32,000 bases of DNA, taken from assembly GCF_001997385.1 (NCBI RefSeq), contig NZ_CP019633.1:2820001-2852000 (forward strand), in the 5' to 3' direction. Source of the stretch: Sedimentisphaera cyanobacteriorum. GTDB lineage: Bacteria > Planctomycetota > Phycisphaerae > Sedimentisphaerales > Sedimentisphaeraceae. A program made the position numbers and the translations under genes. Below, one piece after another: positions 1 to 9,503 of this stretch. The first letter of the stretch is position 1. Every line of letters starts with the position of its first letter. The notes under the pieces are model-generated. The model had not been told where the DNA came from and did no database searches. It saw nothing but the letters and a program-made list of their open reading frames with translations.

Positions 1-2
1 AA

Positions 3-1775
3 ATAGTTCCGTTCAGCGGGAAAACTCAGGAGAGATGGAGCTGGTGCGATGCGCTGTTTATGGCTCCGCCCGTGTGGGCGAAGATGGCGGATATTACAGG
101 CGATAAGAAGTACGCAGATTTTATGATTGAGGAGTGGAAATATACCACCGAAAAGCTCTTTGATGAGAAGGAAAATCTTTACTACCGAGACGCACGCTAC
201 TTCGACAAGAGGGAGAAAAACGGCGAGAAGGTTTTCTGGTCTCGCGGTAACGGCTGGGTAATGGGCGGCCTTGTGCGCACCATGGAATACCTCGGCAAAG
301 ACCACCCTCAGATAGGCTATTTCCAGAAAATATACAAACGTATGGCAGGGAAAATTGCATCAATCCAGCAGCCCGACGGCCTCTGGCACTCAAGCCTTCT
401 AGACCCTGAAACATACAGCAAGCCCGAATCCAGCGGCTCAGGCTTCTATATCTACGCCCTTGCTTGGGGCATTAACCGCGGACTTCTCGAGAGAGAAGAG
501 TACCTCCCGCATGTAATGAAAGGCTGGAATTCTCTCGCCAGCAATGTTCACTCAGACGGTATGCTCGGATACACCCAGCCGATAGGGGCAGACCCGAGAA
601 ACATCACCGAAGAGCAGACTGAAGTTTATGGAGTTGGCGCATTCCTGCTTGCCGGCTCTGAGGTTTATAAGCTTGCAATTGAGGATAAGCTTTCTGATGC
701 TAAAGAGCTTCGGGTTTCCAATTATGCCAATGTTGATGTGAGCTATGGAACTGTTTCTATCGATCCGGATAAATTAAGCGGAATAGACCTCAGCGAAGCG
801 GGCGTTATTTCAGCGGAAAACTATAAAATCTCTCAAACTCAGCTCGTGGATAATGACCTCGACGGGGATATGGATGAATTCCTCTTTCAGGCGAGTCTTG
901 AAGCCGGTGAAACCAAAAAATACTTCATCATTGAAGACGCCAAAATCACCCTTCCAAACCGGAGAACCTACTCCAGATACGTCCCTGAGAGGAAAGATGA
1001 TTATATGTGGGAGAATGATCTGATCGGTTTTCGGGCTTATGGGCTGAAGCTCGCTAAAGAAGGCGCAAACAGCGGCTTCGACTGCTGGCTCAAAGGCGTT
1101 GAATATCCAACAACAAACAATCGCTATTTCACCGCCCGGCACGGACGAACATACCACTCATATTTCGGCGAAGGGTACGACCCCTACCACGTGGGCTCAT
1201 CAGCCGGCTGCGGCGGGCTCTCGCTCTGGGAAAACGATAGCAGGGTTCATTCAAGCGTTTACGACGAATACAAACGAATTGCAAACGGGCCGATACGCAC
1301 AATTTTCGAGCTTACCTACGATGAATCGTGGAAGAGGAACGGAAAAGAACTGAAGGAAGTTAAAAGGTTTACAATTGATTTGAATTCTTGGTTTACCAAG
1401 GTTGAAAGCTCCTTCTCAGGCGAGGATGCAGGCTCTCATCAGTATGCTGTAGGGATTACCACCCACGACGGAAAGGCCTCAGCTGAACTTGGCGATAAAA
1501 GCATAATATGCTCGGAAATTATAGACGGCAATTATCTTGGCACCGGAGCTGTGCTTGCAAAACCTGAGCCTGAAAAAGCTATGGAAATCAGGGTTGACCA
1601 GCCGGACAAGAGCCATGCATTTATAATCACCGAGCCGACCAGTGAACCGATAGTTTACTACACCGGCTTCGGCTGGCAGAATCAGGGCATTGAAAACCAG
1701 AAGCAGTGGGAGGAAGAAATTTCTAACCTCAAACAGAGAGTAAAAACTCCTTTAAAAGTTCATATTCATAGATAA
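3..1775 (+). CDS. GH105/GH88-like unsaturated rhamnogalacturonyl/glucuronyl hydrolase (YteR-like) fused to a C-terminal DUF4861-like domain. The 5' end lies outside the window.
   Basis: The frame is open from base 3 (IVPFSGKTQERWSWCDALFMAPPVW...), so the ATG at 60 is internal. GH105/GH88-type motifs are present: WCDALFMAPP, FWSRGNGW, SGSGFYIYALAWG, GMLGYTQPIG. The last ~370 aa (from about RVSNYANVDVSYGTVSID) resemble DUF4861 proteins, which are usually separate genes in pectin loci. Confidence 0.8.
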   Translation: MVPFSGKTQERWSWCDALFMAPPVWAKMADITGDKKYADFMIEEWKYTTEKLFDEKENLYYRDARYFDKREKNGEKVFWSRGNGWVMGGLVRTMEYLGKDHPQIGYFQKIYKRMAGKIASIQQPDGLWHSSLLDPETYSKPESSGSGFYIYALAWGINRGLLEREEYLPHVMKGWNSLASNVHSDGMLGYTQPIGADPRNITEEQTEVYGVGAFLLAGSEVYKLAIEDKLSDAKELRVSNYANVDVSYGTVSIDPDKLSGIDLSEAGVISAENYKISQTQLVDNDLDGDMDEFLFQASLEAGETKKYFIIEDAKITLPNRRTYSRYVPERKDDYMWENDLIGFRAYGLKLAKEGANSGFDCWLKGVEYPTTNNRYFTARHGRTYHSYFGEGYDPYHVGSSAGCGGLSLWENDSRVHSSVYDEYKRIANGPIRTIFELTYDESWKRNGKELKEVKRFTIDLNSWFTKVESSFSGEDAGSHQYAVGITTHDGKASAELGDKSIICSEIIDGNYLGTGAVLAKPEPEKAMEIRVDQPDKSHAFIITEPTSEPIVYYTGFGWQNQGIENQKQWEEEISNLKQRVKTPLKVHIHR

Positions 1776-1898
1776 ATTAGCTTTCAACGATTGACAGATT
1801 CATTCAATAAAAAATTATGATGAAAAATTTGTAAAAATTTCATTGCTGGCGGTATTTACTTGTTAAACAAGAATCTGTCAAAACTGAAAGGAATATAG

Positions 1899-3440
1899 AT
1901 GAATAAGATATCGAGGAGAAAATTTCTTCAGCGAACCTCTGCGACTGTTGCAGCAGCAGCTGCTGCTAACTTCGGATATGCAATGCCGGAGAACAGGCCG
2001 AATATTGTTTTTCTTTTCGCAGACCAGCTGCGATACGCTTCCTGCGGATATGCCGGCGATGATAAAGCGCATACCCCAAATATAGATAAAATTGCAAGAG
2101 AAGGAGCTAATTACCGTCAGGCTGTCTCAAGTATGCCGGTTTGCTCGGCTTACAGGGCTTCCCTTTTCACAGGCAAATACACCTCCTCAACCGGTATGGT
2201 GATAAATGAGCTCCGGATGAACCCAAACCACAGATGTATTGGCCACGCAGCCACAGACGCCGGCTACAACACAGGATATATCGGCAAATGGCACTTGTAT
2301 GCCAACGAGCTTGGAGACCATTACAATCCTGACAATTCATTTGTCCCCCGCGGCAAACACAGGCTCGGCTTCGACGGCTATTGGGCTGCCTACAACTTCC
2401 ACCACGACTACTACGGCGGCGCCGCATATTACCATACTGAATCCAAGGAAAAGATTCATTACGAGAATAATAAATTCGAGCCGGACGCTCAAACGGATAT
2501 GGCTATCGACTACATCAAAAAGCAGTCCGGCAGCAGAAAGCCATTCTACCTCACCGTATCCTACGGAACTCCTCACGACCCATGGCGGCCAAACAACGTT
2601 CCGGATGAATATATGGATATGTATAAGGATGTCGAGTTTGACCCGCCAAAGAACTATTCTCAGAAGAAAGACCCATACGGAGACGGCTGGTCTAATGTTG
2701 ACCAAAACCCCGAAAAGCTGCAGAACTGGATGCGCTGCTATTATGCTATGACAGCCAACCTCGACTGGAACATCGGCAGGATTATGAGCTCTCTGAAAGA
2801 TCAGGGGCTGCTTGAAAATACCATTGTTGTATTCACAAGCGACCACGGCGAGATGTTCGGCGGACACGGACGTATGAAGAAGAATATATTCTACGAAGAG
2901 GCTGCACGCGTTCCGTTCCTGGTTTACTGGAAATGCCAAACAAAGCCTGTTGATACTGATGTTTGTATGAATACAGTTGACATTATGCCTACCGTTCTCG
3001 ACCTTGCCGGGCTCAAAACCGAGATCCCCGACGAGGTGGAGGGTGTGAGCCTTGCCAATGCCGCACTCGGGAAAAAATGCCCCGAAGAACCGGAAGCTGC
3101 ATTCCTTATGAACACTGGTGCCTGCGCAGTATGGGAAAACGGGCACGAATGGCGTGCAATGAGAAGCCCTAAATACACTTACGGTGTATTCAGGGGCGGA
3201 GGAAGAGACAATCTTCCGAGAAAGGAAGTGTTCTACGACAATAAGAAAGACCCTTATCAACAGAACAATCTTGTAAACGACCCTGCTCATAAGAATGAAG
3301 TTCAGAGATTCAGGGAAATGATGAGAGCTAAAATGATTGAGCTCAACGACGACTTCCCGGCATCATCGTGGTATAGGGAACACTGGACTCAAAACAGGAT
3401 CATCAAGGCCTCTGCGAGGGGCAAATTCAAGAGTATATAA
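1899..3440 (+). CDS. Sulfatase (arylsulfatase A / formylglycine-dependent family) with a Tat-type signal peptide
   Basis: N-terminus is MNKISRRKFLQRTSATVAAAAAANFGYA (twin-arginine signal). NIVFLFADQLR is followed by the active-site signature CSAYRASLFTG (Cys codon 2142-2144). Later sulfatase motifs are GKWHL and VVFTSDHGEMFG. Confidence 0.9.
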   Translation: MNKISRRKFLQRTSATVAAAAAANFGYAMPENRPNIVFLFADQLRYASCGYAGDDKAHTPNIDKIAREGANYRQAVSSMPVCSAYRASLFTGKYTSSTGMVINELRMNPNHRCIGHAATDAGYNTGYIGKWHLYANELGDHYNPDNSFVPRGKHRLGFDGYWAAYNFHHDYYGGAAYYHTESKEKIHYENNKFEPDAQTDMAIDYIKKQSGSRKPFYLTVSYGTPHDPWRPNNVPDEYMDMYKDVEFDPPKNYSQKKDPYGDGWSNVDQNPEKLQNWMRCYYAMTANLDWNIGRIMSSLKDQGLLENTIVVFTSDHGEMFGGHGRMKKNIFYEEAARVPFLVYWKCQTKPVDTDVCMNTVDIMPTVLDLAGLKTEIPDEVEGVSLANAALGKKCPEEPEAAFLMNTGACAVWENGHEWRAMRSPKYTYGVFRGGGRDNLPRKEVFYDNKKDPYQQNNLVNDPAHKNEVQRFREMMRAKMIELNDDFPASSWYREHWTQNRIIKASARGKFKSI

Positions 3441-3460
3441 TTTTCACAAAACTAACATAT

Positions 3461-3493
3461 AAAGCCCCGCCATTTGAACAGACGGGGCTTTTT
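3461..3493 (+). terminator. Rho-independent terminator after the sulfatase gene
   Basis: Stem GCCCCG (3464-3469) pairs with CGGGGC (3483-3488). A T5 run follows at 3489-3493, about 20 nt after the stop codon. Confidence 0.6.
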
Positions 3494-3538
3494 AATGTAC
3501 TAATAAAAACAATAAACCAGCAAGTATTTAGGACTTTT

Positions 3539-5155
3539 ATGAAACACAATTTCTTACACAAGTTTGCAGTTTTCGCATTTACTTTATTCATATCATTTAA
3601 TATCTTCGCAGATGACTTCCGCAAAACCTTTGTGAATCCGATTTATGAAGGGGCAGACCCTTTTGTTTATAAGCATACCGATGGGTTTTATTATTTCTGT
3701 CAGTCTGAGGGAGATAAGGGAATCGCAATTTGGAAATCCCGCAAGCTTACAGACAAAGGGGTTAAAAGGGTAGTCTGGAAGGCACCGGACACCGGCTGGA
3801 ACACAAGCGAAGTATGGGCGCCGGAGCTGCATTACCTGCAGGGTAAATGGTATATCTATTATGCCGCGGACAGCGGGAAAAACATCGACCATCGAACCGG
3901 AGTTCTCAGAAGCAAAACTCAAGACCCGCAGGGCGAATATGAGGATATGGGAGTTGTTTACACCGGCGATGAGATAGAAACAAAGAAAAACAACCGCTGG
4001 GCTATAGATGCCACTCCGCTTGAAATGAACGGAAAGCTGTATTTGATATGGTCAGGCTGGAAAGGATATGATGATGATATCCAGTCTCTTTATATTGCGG
4101 AGATGAAAAACCCGTGGACAGCAGCGACAAATCGCGTGAAGATGGCCGAAAACGACACTTATGTTTGGGAGAGGGTGTCGAATGACCCGCAGAAAAAAGG
4201 CCTGAACGAGGGCGCACAAATCCTGAAAAATAAGGATAAGATTTACGTTATATATTCCTGCAGCGGTTCTTGGGAGCCAACATACAAACTCGCTCAGCTA
4301 TCTATCAAAAAAGGGCAGGATCCGATGAATCCGGACAACTGGAAGAAGAAAGATAAGCCTGTCTTTCAGGGTACTGATGAAGTGTACGGAACAGGACACT
4401 GCTGCTTTACAAAATCCCCCGACGACACCGAGGACTGGATGATGTATCATTCAAAGATTTCCAAGAGGCATGGCTGGCAGCGAAATGTGCGGATTGAAAA
4501 ATTCGGCTGGAATCCAGACGGCTCTCCAGACTTCGGCAAACCCACTCCCCCAGGCACAGTGCTCCGAAAGCCTTCAGGCGAGATAATGCCCGAATTGGCA
4601 AGCCATTTTACAGATTCATTCAGCTCAGGCCGCTGGGACAACTGGGTTTACTACGGCTACAATCGGTTTATCGCAGTGCGAAGCGAAAAATTAGTTCTCG
4701 GGATCAATCCGGGCTGGGGCATAGCCAACAACTACCGAAGCGGAGAGAAGGCTGTAATGCGGGATATGCTCTGGGATGATTTTGTATATTACGCAAAAGT
4801 GAAGGTGGTGAAAGGCGGAAGAGATGCCGGCCTGATTTTCAGGGTTAATCATCCCGCTGTGGGTTACGATGCTATGAAAGGTTATTTTGCCGGCATAATC
4901 CCCCAGAATAATATGGCAATTCTCGGCAGGATGGACGGAAAAAACTGGCAAGAGCTCGCTCGAAAAAAGATCAGCCTGAAGCAGGGTGAAAACTATCACC
5001 TGAAAGTTATGGCGAAGGGTGAAGATATCAAGTTTTTCGTTAATAATGAAAAGCAGATTGAGGTTAAAGACAGCGACTATTCAAGCGGCTTTGCAGGCGT
5101 CCGTGTTATAGACAGTGAAGCTGAATTCGACAATATAAAAATCAGAAAGAGATAG
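3539..5155 (+). CDS. Glycoside hydrolase family 43 (arabinanase/xylosidase-type five-bladed propeller) with a C-terminal concanavalin-A/LamG-like beta-sandwich domain; secreted
   Basis: Signal peptide is MKHNFLHKFAVFAFTLFISFNIFA. GH43-like motifs are NPIYEGADPFVY, VWAPELHYLQGKWYIYYAADSG, WAIDATPLEMNGKLYLIWSGW, NEGAQILKNKDKIYVIYSCSGSW. The C-terminal ~170 aa (AGLIFRVNHP...GFAGVRVIDSEAEFDNIKI) look like a lectin/glucanase fold. Confidence 0.85.
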   Translation: MKHNFLHKFAVFAFTLFISFNIFADDFRKTFVNPIYEGADPFVYKHTDGFYYFCQSEGDKGIAIWKSRKLTDKGVKRVVWKAPDTGWNTSEVWAPELHYLQGKWYIYYAADSGKNIDHRTGVLRSKTQDPQGEYEDMGVVYTGDEIETKKNNRWAIDATPLEMNGKLYLIWSGWKGYDDDIQSLYIAEMKNPWTAATNRVKMAENDTYVWERVSNDPQKKGLNEGAQILKNKDKIYVIYSCSGSWEPTYKLAQLSIKKGQDPMNPDNWKKKDKPVFQGTDEVYGTGHCCFTKSPDDTEDWMMYHSKISKRHGWQRNVRIEKFGWNPDGSPDFGKPTPPGTVLRKPSGEIMPELASHFTDSFSSGRWDNWVYYGYNRFIAVRSEKLVLGINPGWGIANNYRSGEKAVMRDMLWDDFVYYAKVKVVKGGRDAGLIFRVNHPAVGYDAMKGYFAGIIPQNNMAILGRMDGKNWQELARKKISLKQGENYHLKVMAKGEDIKFFVNNEKQIEVKDSDYSSGFAGVRVIDSEAEFDNIKIRKR

Positions 5156-5254
5156 GATAATCGCAAGCTTTCTATTTTACTGAACAGTTTCTTTTATACC
5201 AGTATGCATTTTGTGCTGCTGTTCTATTCAACCTTTTTTTGCTTCGCCAAGTAA

Positions 5255-5318
5255 GTGGAATTTGCTTGAAGATGGGCAATAGCTGAGTCAAAAGCTTATA
5301 TTGCTATTCCACCTTTTT
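5255..5318 (+). terminator. Putative terminator-like nested hairpin plus T-run downstream of the GH43 gene
   Basis: GTGGAAT (5255-5261) pairs with ATTCCAC (5306-5312). An inner GCAATA/TATTGC helix is present, followed by C-TTTTT (5313-5318). Confidence 0.35.
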
Positions 5319-5458
5319 GGAGGAAGGCCTAGCCCCTATTTCAAGGATTAGCTAAGCGTATCCCTCCGCCTTTTACATTATTGACACAGTTCTGAGCTGT
5401 TTTCCCGCAGCCTCCAAGTTATATTTTTCGATATCTTTTGCTGGAGAAAATATATAGT

Positions 5459-5486
5459 TTGACAACCTCTTTCGGTTTCTTACAAT
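5459..5486 (+). promoter_or_regulatory. Sigma-70-like promoter candidate for the PEPCK gene
   Basis: TTGACA (5459-5464), a 16-nt spacer, then TACAAT (5481-5486), about 80 nt upstream of the ATG at 5568. Promoter consensus for this lineage is not known to me. Confidence 0.35.
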
Positions 5487-5567
5487 CTTTGAACGGTTGA
5501 ATCCGATGCGGTATCGGTGTGTCTTGAAAAACACTTTAGCAATTTCTTTACAGAAGGATTTCTATTT

Positions 5568-7409
5568 ATGGGAAATGACCTGGAATATCTTAAGGGTTGT
5601 ATGAGGCCGGAGCAGTATGAGAAGCTGGCGGCTTTGAACAACTCAAAATTAAACGAGTTCATCGCAGATTCCGTACAGCTTTGTACACCTGATGATGTAT
5701 ATCTCTGCGACGGCTCAAAAAACGAATACGATACAATTATGGCAGGAATGGTTAACGAAGGTCTTGCCACAGACCTCAAAGCACGTGAAAACTGCTTCCA
5801 TTTCCGTTCAGACCCGTCAGATGTTGCGCGCGTTGAAGGACGTACCTACATCGCTTGCGAAAATGAATCTGATGCCGGCCCAACTAACAACTGGATCTAC
5901 CCGGACAAGCTCAAAGGTACAATGAGAGATCTCTACAGCGGCTGCATGAAAGGCCGTACTCTCTACGTTATTCCTTTCTCTATGGGCCCGATTGGCTCTC
6001 CGATATCTAAGATTGGTTTCGAAATCACAGACAGCGGCTACGTTGTTTGCAATATGCACATTATGACAAGAGTTGGCGATAAAGTTCTCGAGGCCCTCGG
6101 ACAGGGCGACTTCGTTCCCTGCCTGCACTCTGTCGGCAAGCCGCTTGCTGAAGGCGAAAGCGATAACGGCATGTGGCCTTGCGCTCCTGTTGAGAAGAAA
6201 TACATTTCACACTTTACAGAAGAACAGAAGATCTGGTCGTTCGGCTCAGGCTATGGCGGAAACGCACTTCTCGGAAAGAAATGCCTTGCCCTGAGGATTG
6301 CCTCAGTTATGGCTAAGAAAGAAGGCTGGATGGCTGAGCATATGCTTATCCTCCGCCTAACAAATCCGGAAGGAAAGAAATTCCACATCGCTGCTGCATT
6401 CCCGAGTGCTTGCGGAAAAACAAACCTCGCAATGCTTCAGTCAACAGTAGAAGGCTGGAAGGTTGAATGCGTGGGCGATGATATTGCTTGGATGAAGATG
6501 GACGATAACGGCCAGCTTCGCGCAATCAATCCTGAGTCCGGCTTCTTCGGCGTAGCACCAGGAACAAACAGCAAAACCAACCCGATGGCTGTTAAGTCCT
6601 GCGAAAAGAATTCAATCTTCACCAACTGCGTTGTTACAGACGACAGCGATGTATGGTGGGAAGACGGCGACGGCGAATGCAAGCACGGCATCGACTGGAA
6701 AGGCAGAGAATGGACTCCTGAATCAGGCGAGAAGGGTGCACACCCGAACGCTCGTTTCACAGCTCCAGCGGCTCAGTGCCCAAATGTCTGTCCAGACTGG
6801 GAAGACCCTGCTGGCGTTCCTATCGATATCTTTATCTTCGGCGGTCGCAGAAGCGAGCTTGTTCCGCTGGTTACAGAAGCTATGGACTGGGATCACGGTG
6901 TTTACATGGGTGCTACAGCAGCATCTGAGAAAACTGCCGCTGCTCTCGATTCTGGCGTGGCTATACGCCGCGACCCATTCGCTATGCTTCCGTTCTGTGC
7001 ATACCACATGGCAGACTACTGGCAGCACTGGTTCGATATGGGCGATAAGCTCGGCGAAAATGCTCCGAAGATCTTCTATGTGAACTGGTTCCAGAAGAAC
7101 GAAAAGGGCAAATTCATCTGGCCTGGATTCGGCGAAAACAGCCGCGTTCTCAAGTGGATGTGTGAGCGTGTTGACGGCAAGGCCGGCGCTTATGACACTG
7201 CTATCGGCAAGATGCCTAAGAAGGAAGACCTCGATCTCAACGGCATCGATCTTACCGATGAAGAGATGGACAAGATCCTCAGTGTAGATACTGAAGGCTG
7301 GAAGAAAGAACTGCCTATCGTGAGAGAGTTCTTCGAAACTATGGGCGATAAACTTCCTGACCGTATGGTCGCTCAGGTTGACCGCCTCGAACAGCGTCTC
7401 AAGAGCTAA
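5568..7409 (+). CDS. pckG: Phosphoenolpyruvate carboxykinase (GTP)
   Basis: GTP-PEPCK signatures are present: FPSACGKTNLAML (kinase-1a/P-loop), GDDIAWMKMDDNGQLRAINPE, HPNARFTAPAAQCP, NWFQKNEKGKFIWPGFGEN. Start chosen at ATG 5568 (MGNDLEYLKG...), preceded by AAGGA. The track start at 5517 is a GTG that adds 17 unlikely residues. Confidence 0.95.
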   Translation: MGNDLEYLKGCMRPEQYEKLAALNNSKLNEFIADSVQLCTPDDVYLCDGSKNEYDTIMAGMVNEGLATDLKARENCFHFRSDPSDVARVEGRTYIACENESDAGPTNNWIYPDKLKGTMRDLYSGCMKGRTLYVIPFSMGPIGSPISKIGFEITDSGYVVCNMHIMTRVGDKVLEALGQGDFVPCLHSVGKPLAEGESDNGMWPCAPVEKKYISHFTEEQKIWSFGSGYGGNALLGKKCLALRIASVMAKKEGWMAEHMLILRLTNPEGKKFHIAAAFPSACGKTNLAMLQSTVEGWKVECVGDDIAWMKMDDNGQLRAINPESGFFGVAPGTNSKTNPMAVKSCEKNSIFTNCVVTDDSDVWWEDGDGECKHGIDWKGREWTPESGEKGAHPNARFTAPAAQCPNVCPDWEDPAGVPIDIFIFGGRRSELVPLVTEAMDWDHGVYMGATAASEKTAAALDSGVAIRRDPFAMLPFCAYHMADYWQHWFDMGDKLGENAPKIFYVNWFQKNEKGKFIWPGFGENSRVLKWMCERVDGKAGAYDTAIGKMPKKEDLDLNGIDLTDEEMDKILSVDTEGWKKELPIVREFFETMGDKLPDRMVAQVDRLEQRLKS

Positions 7410-7433
7410 GCTATAAAACTGCTTACAAATAAT

Positions 7434-7466
7434 AAGGCCGGTTCTTAATTGACCCGGCCTTTTTTA
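7434..7466 (+). terminator. Rho-independent terminator after pckG
   Basis: AAGGCCGG (7434-7441) pairs with CCGGCCTT (7454-7461) and runs into a T-run to 7466. Confidence 0.7.
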
Positions 7467-7493
7467 TTGCGCTGCTGAAGATGGATAATATAA

Positions 7494-7521
7494 TTGACCT
7501 GAAAGAATAAGATTATAAAAT
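7494..7521 (+). promoter_or_regulatory. Sigma-70-like promoter candidate for the DUF5060 gene
   Basis: TTGACC (7494-7499), a 16-nt spacer, then TAAAAT (7516-7521). An RBS GAGG sits just upstream of the ATG at 7564. Confidence 0.3.
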
Positions 7522-7563
7522 GGCTGCAAATTCGTAAAATTGTTAAAGTTTTGAGGTTGATTT

Positions 7564-9414
7564 ATGCTGTGTACAGGGAAGTTCAGATTATCTCCAATTG
7601 CTTTTTTGCTTATTTGCGGTTTCGTTTCAGCAAGCCCTGAATTAGCTGGCCCGTTCGACAGCCCCGAAAGGCTTATCCAGTGGCACAAAATCACACTCAC
7701 GCTTGAAGGACCACAGGCAAGCGAAAACGGAACGCCCAATCCTTTCACCGATTACAGAATGTACGTTGTTTTCAAGCACGAAAAAAGCGGGCTGAAATAC
7801 AGGGTGCCCGGGTATTTTGCTGCAGACGGAGACTCCGCAAACTCCTCAGCACAGAACGGTAATAAATGGTGTGCGCACCTGTGTCCGGATAAGCACGGTA
7901 AATGGACATACGAGATTTCATTCCGCAAGGGGAAAAATGCAGCGGTTTCGGAAAAACTGGAAGCTGGCAAACCTCTTGCCCCTTATCACGGAATTTCGGG
8001 AAGATTCAAAGTAGTTCCGTCGGATAAATCTGGCAGAGATTTCCGCGGTAAAGGCCGGCTTGAGTATGTGGGCAAAACATTTCTCAAGTTTGCAGGCTCA
8101 GGAGAATACTTCATCAAACAGGGCACAGACGCTCCCGAAAACTTTCTTGCATACGAAGATTTCGATGGCAATTTCAAAACAGACGGCCGGAAGGATCATT
8201 TGGTAAAAAGCTGGTCTGCCCATGCAAAAGATTGGGACTCGGGCGATCCGTACTGGCAGGACAAAAAGGGAACTGAAATAATCGGAGCGATAAACTATCT
8301 GGCAGGCGAAGGGCTAAACGCATTTTCATTTATTCCGATGAATATCAAAGGCGACGACAGAAACGTTTTTCCATACACCGATTACAACGAACGGTTCAGA
8401 ATGGACTGCTCAAAGCTTGCACAATGGGAGATAGTATTCGAATATGCCGATAAAAAGGGGATGTTCCTGCACTTTAAAACGCAGGAAACAGAGAATGAGC
8501 TGCTCCTTGACGGCGGCGATTTAGGCAAGCAGCGAAAGCTCTACTACCGCGAGCTTATAGCCAGATTCAGCCACCATCTGGCCATCAACTGGAATCTCGG
8601 CGAAGAGGTAAACAATGCTTCCACAAGCCAGAAAAAGAGCTGGGCAGAATACTTCTTCCAGAACGACCCGTACCATCATCACATCGTAATTCATAATATG
8701 GGAAATCCGCACCACGACCTTATGGGAGAAGGTTCGAGGCTTACGGGGATGTCCGTACAAACTAACAAGCCAGATTTCAGAAATGTTTACCCTCGAGTGA
8801 AGAGCTATATACAGAAGGCAAAGAAGGCAGGGAAGGTTTGGGCTGTTGCCTGCGATGAGCCTGGAGATGCCCAGCATGCCTTAAGGCCGGATAATGACGC
8901 GGGCAATTCGCACGATGATGCAAGGCGGAATGCGATTTGGGGCACGTTTATGGCCGGCGGCTGGGGCAATGAATGGTACTTCGGCTACAAACACGCACAT
9001 TCAGACCTCACCTGCGAGGATTTTCGCAGCAGAGACGCCTTTTGGAACTGCTGCCGGATTGCACTCGATTTTTTCAAAGGCGAAAACCGCTCAGGCCGAA
9101 TGGCTCTGCCGGTTGAGAATATGCAGTGCAGGGAGGATTTAGTTTCAAAGCCAAACAGATGCCTTTACGGTAAAGATAATGAAGGGAGAAACTGTCTTGT
9201 CGTGCAGGCATTAACTGAAAAAGAATTTGCAGTAAAAGCGCCGAGTGAAAAACTCTATAAAGCAGGCTGGTTGAACTCTAAAACCGGTGAATGGAAAATA
9301 CTCAGCGATATTGAGAAACATAAAGGCGGGATGCTCAAATTCAAATCTCCTTGGGGCATAGACGGGATCCTGCTTCTTTACGATTGGAGCCGCCGATTCC
9401 CTCAGAAGGAATGA
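7564..9414 (+). CDS. DUF5060-domain protein with a GH5/cellulase-like (DUF4038-type) TIM-barrel and a C-terminal beta-sandwich; secreted putative glycoside hydrolase
   Basis: N-terminal hydrophobic signal. The DUF5060-like block is ITLTLEGPQASENGTPNPFTDYRMYVVFKHEKSGLKYRVPGYFAADGD...NKWCAHLCPDKHGKWTYEISF. It is followed by a barrel-like region: GLNAFSFIPMN, GMFLHFKTQETENE, AINWNLGEE. Confidence 0.75.
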   Translation: MLCTGKFRLSPIAFLLICGFVSASPELAGPFDSPERLIQWHKITLTLEGPQASENGTPNPFTDYRMYVVFKHEKSGLKYRVPGYFAADGDSANSSAQNGNKWCAHLCPDKHGKWTYEISFRKGKNAAVSEKLEAGKPLAPYHGISGRFKVVPSDKSGRDFRGKGRLEYVGKTFLKFAGSGEYFIKQGTDAPENFLAYEDFDGNFKTDGRKDHLVKSWSAHAKDWDSGDPYWQDKKGTEIIGAINYLAGEGLNAFSFIPMNIKGDDRNVFPYTDYNERFRMDCSKLAQWEIVFEYADKKGMFLHFKTQETENELLLDGGDLGKQRKLYYRELIARFSHHLAINWNLGEEVNNASTSQKKSWAEYFFQNDPYHHHIVIHNMGNPHHDLMGEGSRLTGMSVQTNKPDFRNVYPRVKSYIQKAKKAGKVWAVACDEPGDAQHALRPDNDAGNSHDDARRNAIWGTFMAGGWGNEWYFGYKHAHSDLTCEDFRSRDAFWNCCRIALDFFKGENRSGRMALPVENMQCREDLVSKPNRCLYGKDNEGRNCLVVQALTEKEFAVKAPSEKLYKAGWLNSKTGEWKILSDIEKHKGGMLKFKSPWGIDGILLLYDWSRRFPQKE

Positions 9415-9503
9415 TCTTAATATGCCCATTAAGCGGACGCGGAAATAATCCGTAAATTTGCCGATTCATTTTTTCAAACGGCGAGGTCTGCGAAAGGAAC
9501 GAA

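Noticed and set aside
2337-3290. Long antisense or alternative-frame ORFs inside large genes. Examples: 2337..3290 (-), 2239..2751 (+), 20277..20924 (+), 22591..23340 (+), 24718..25317 (+), 26305..27000 (+), 28282..28809 (+), 11768..12187 (-), 15291..15788 (+).
   Set aside because: Each lies wholly within a gene that has strong family motifs on the other strand or frame. Their translations are low-complexity or Arg/Ser/Cys-rich with no recognisable motif. These are typical shadow ORFs.
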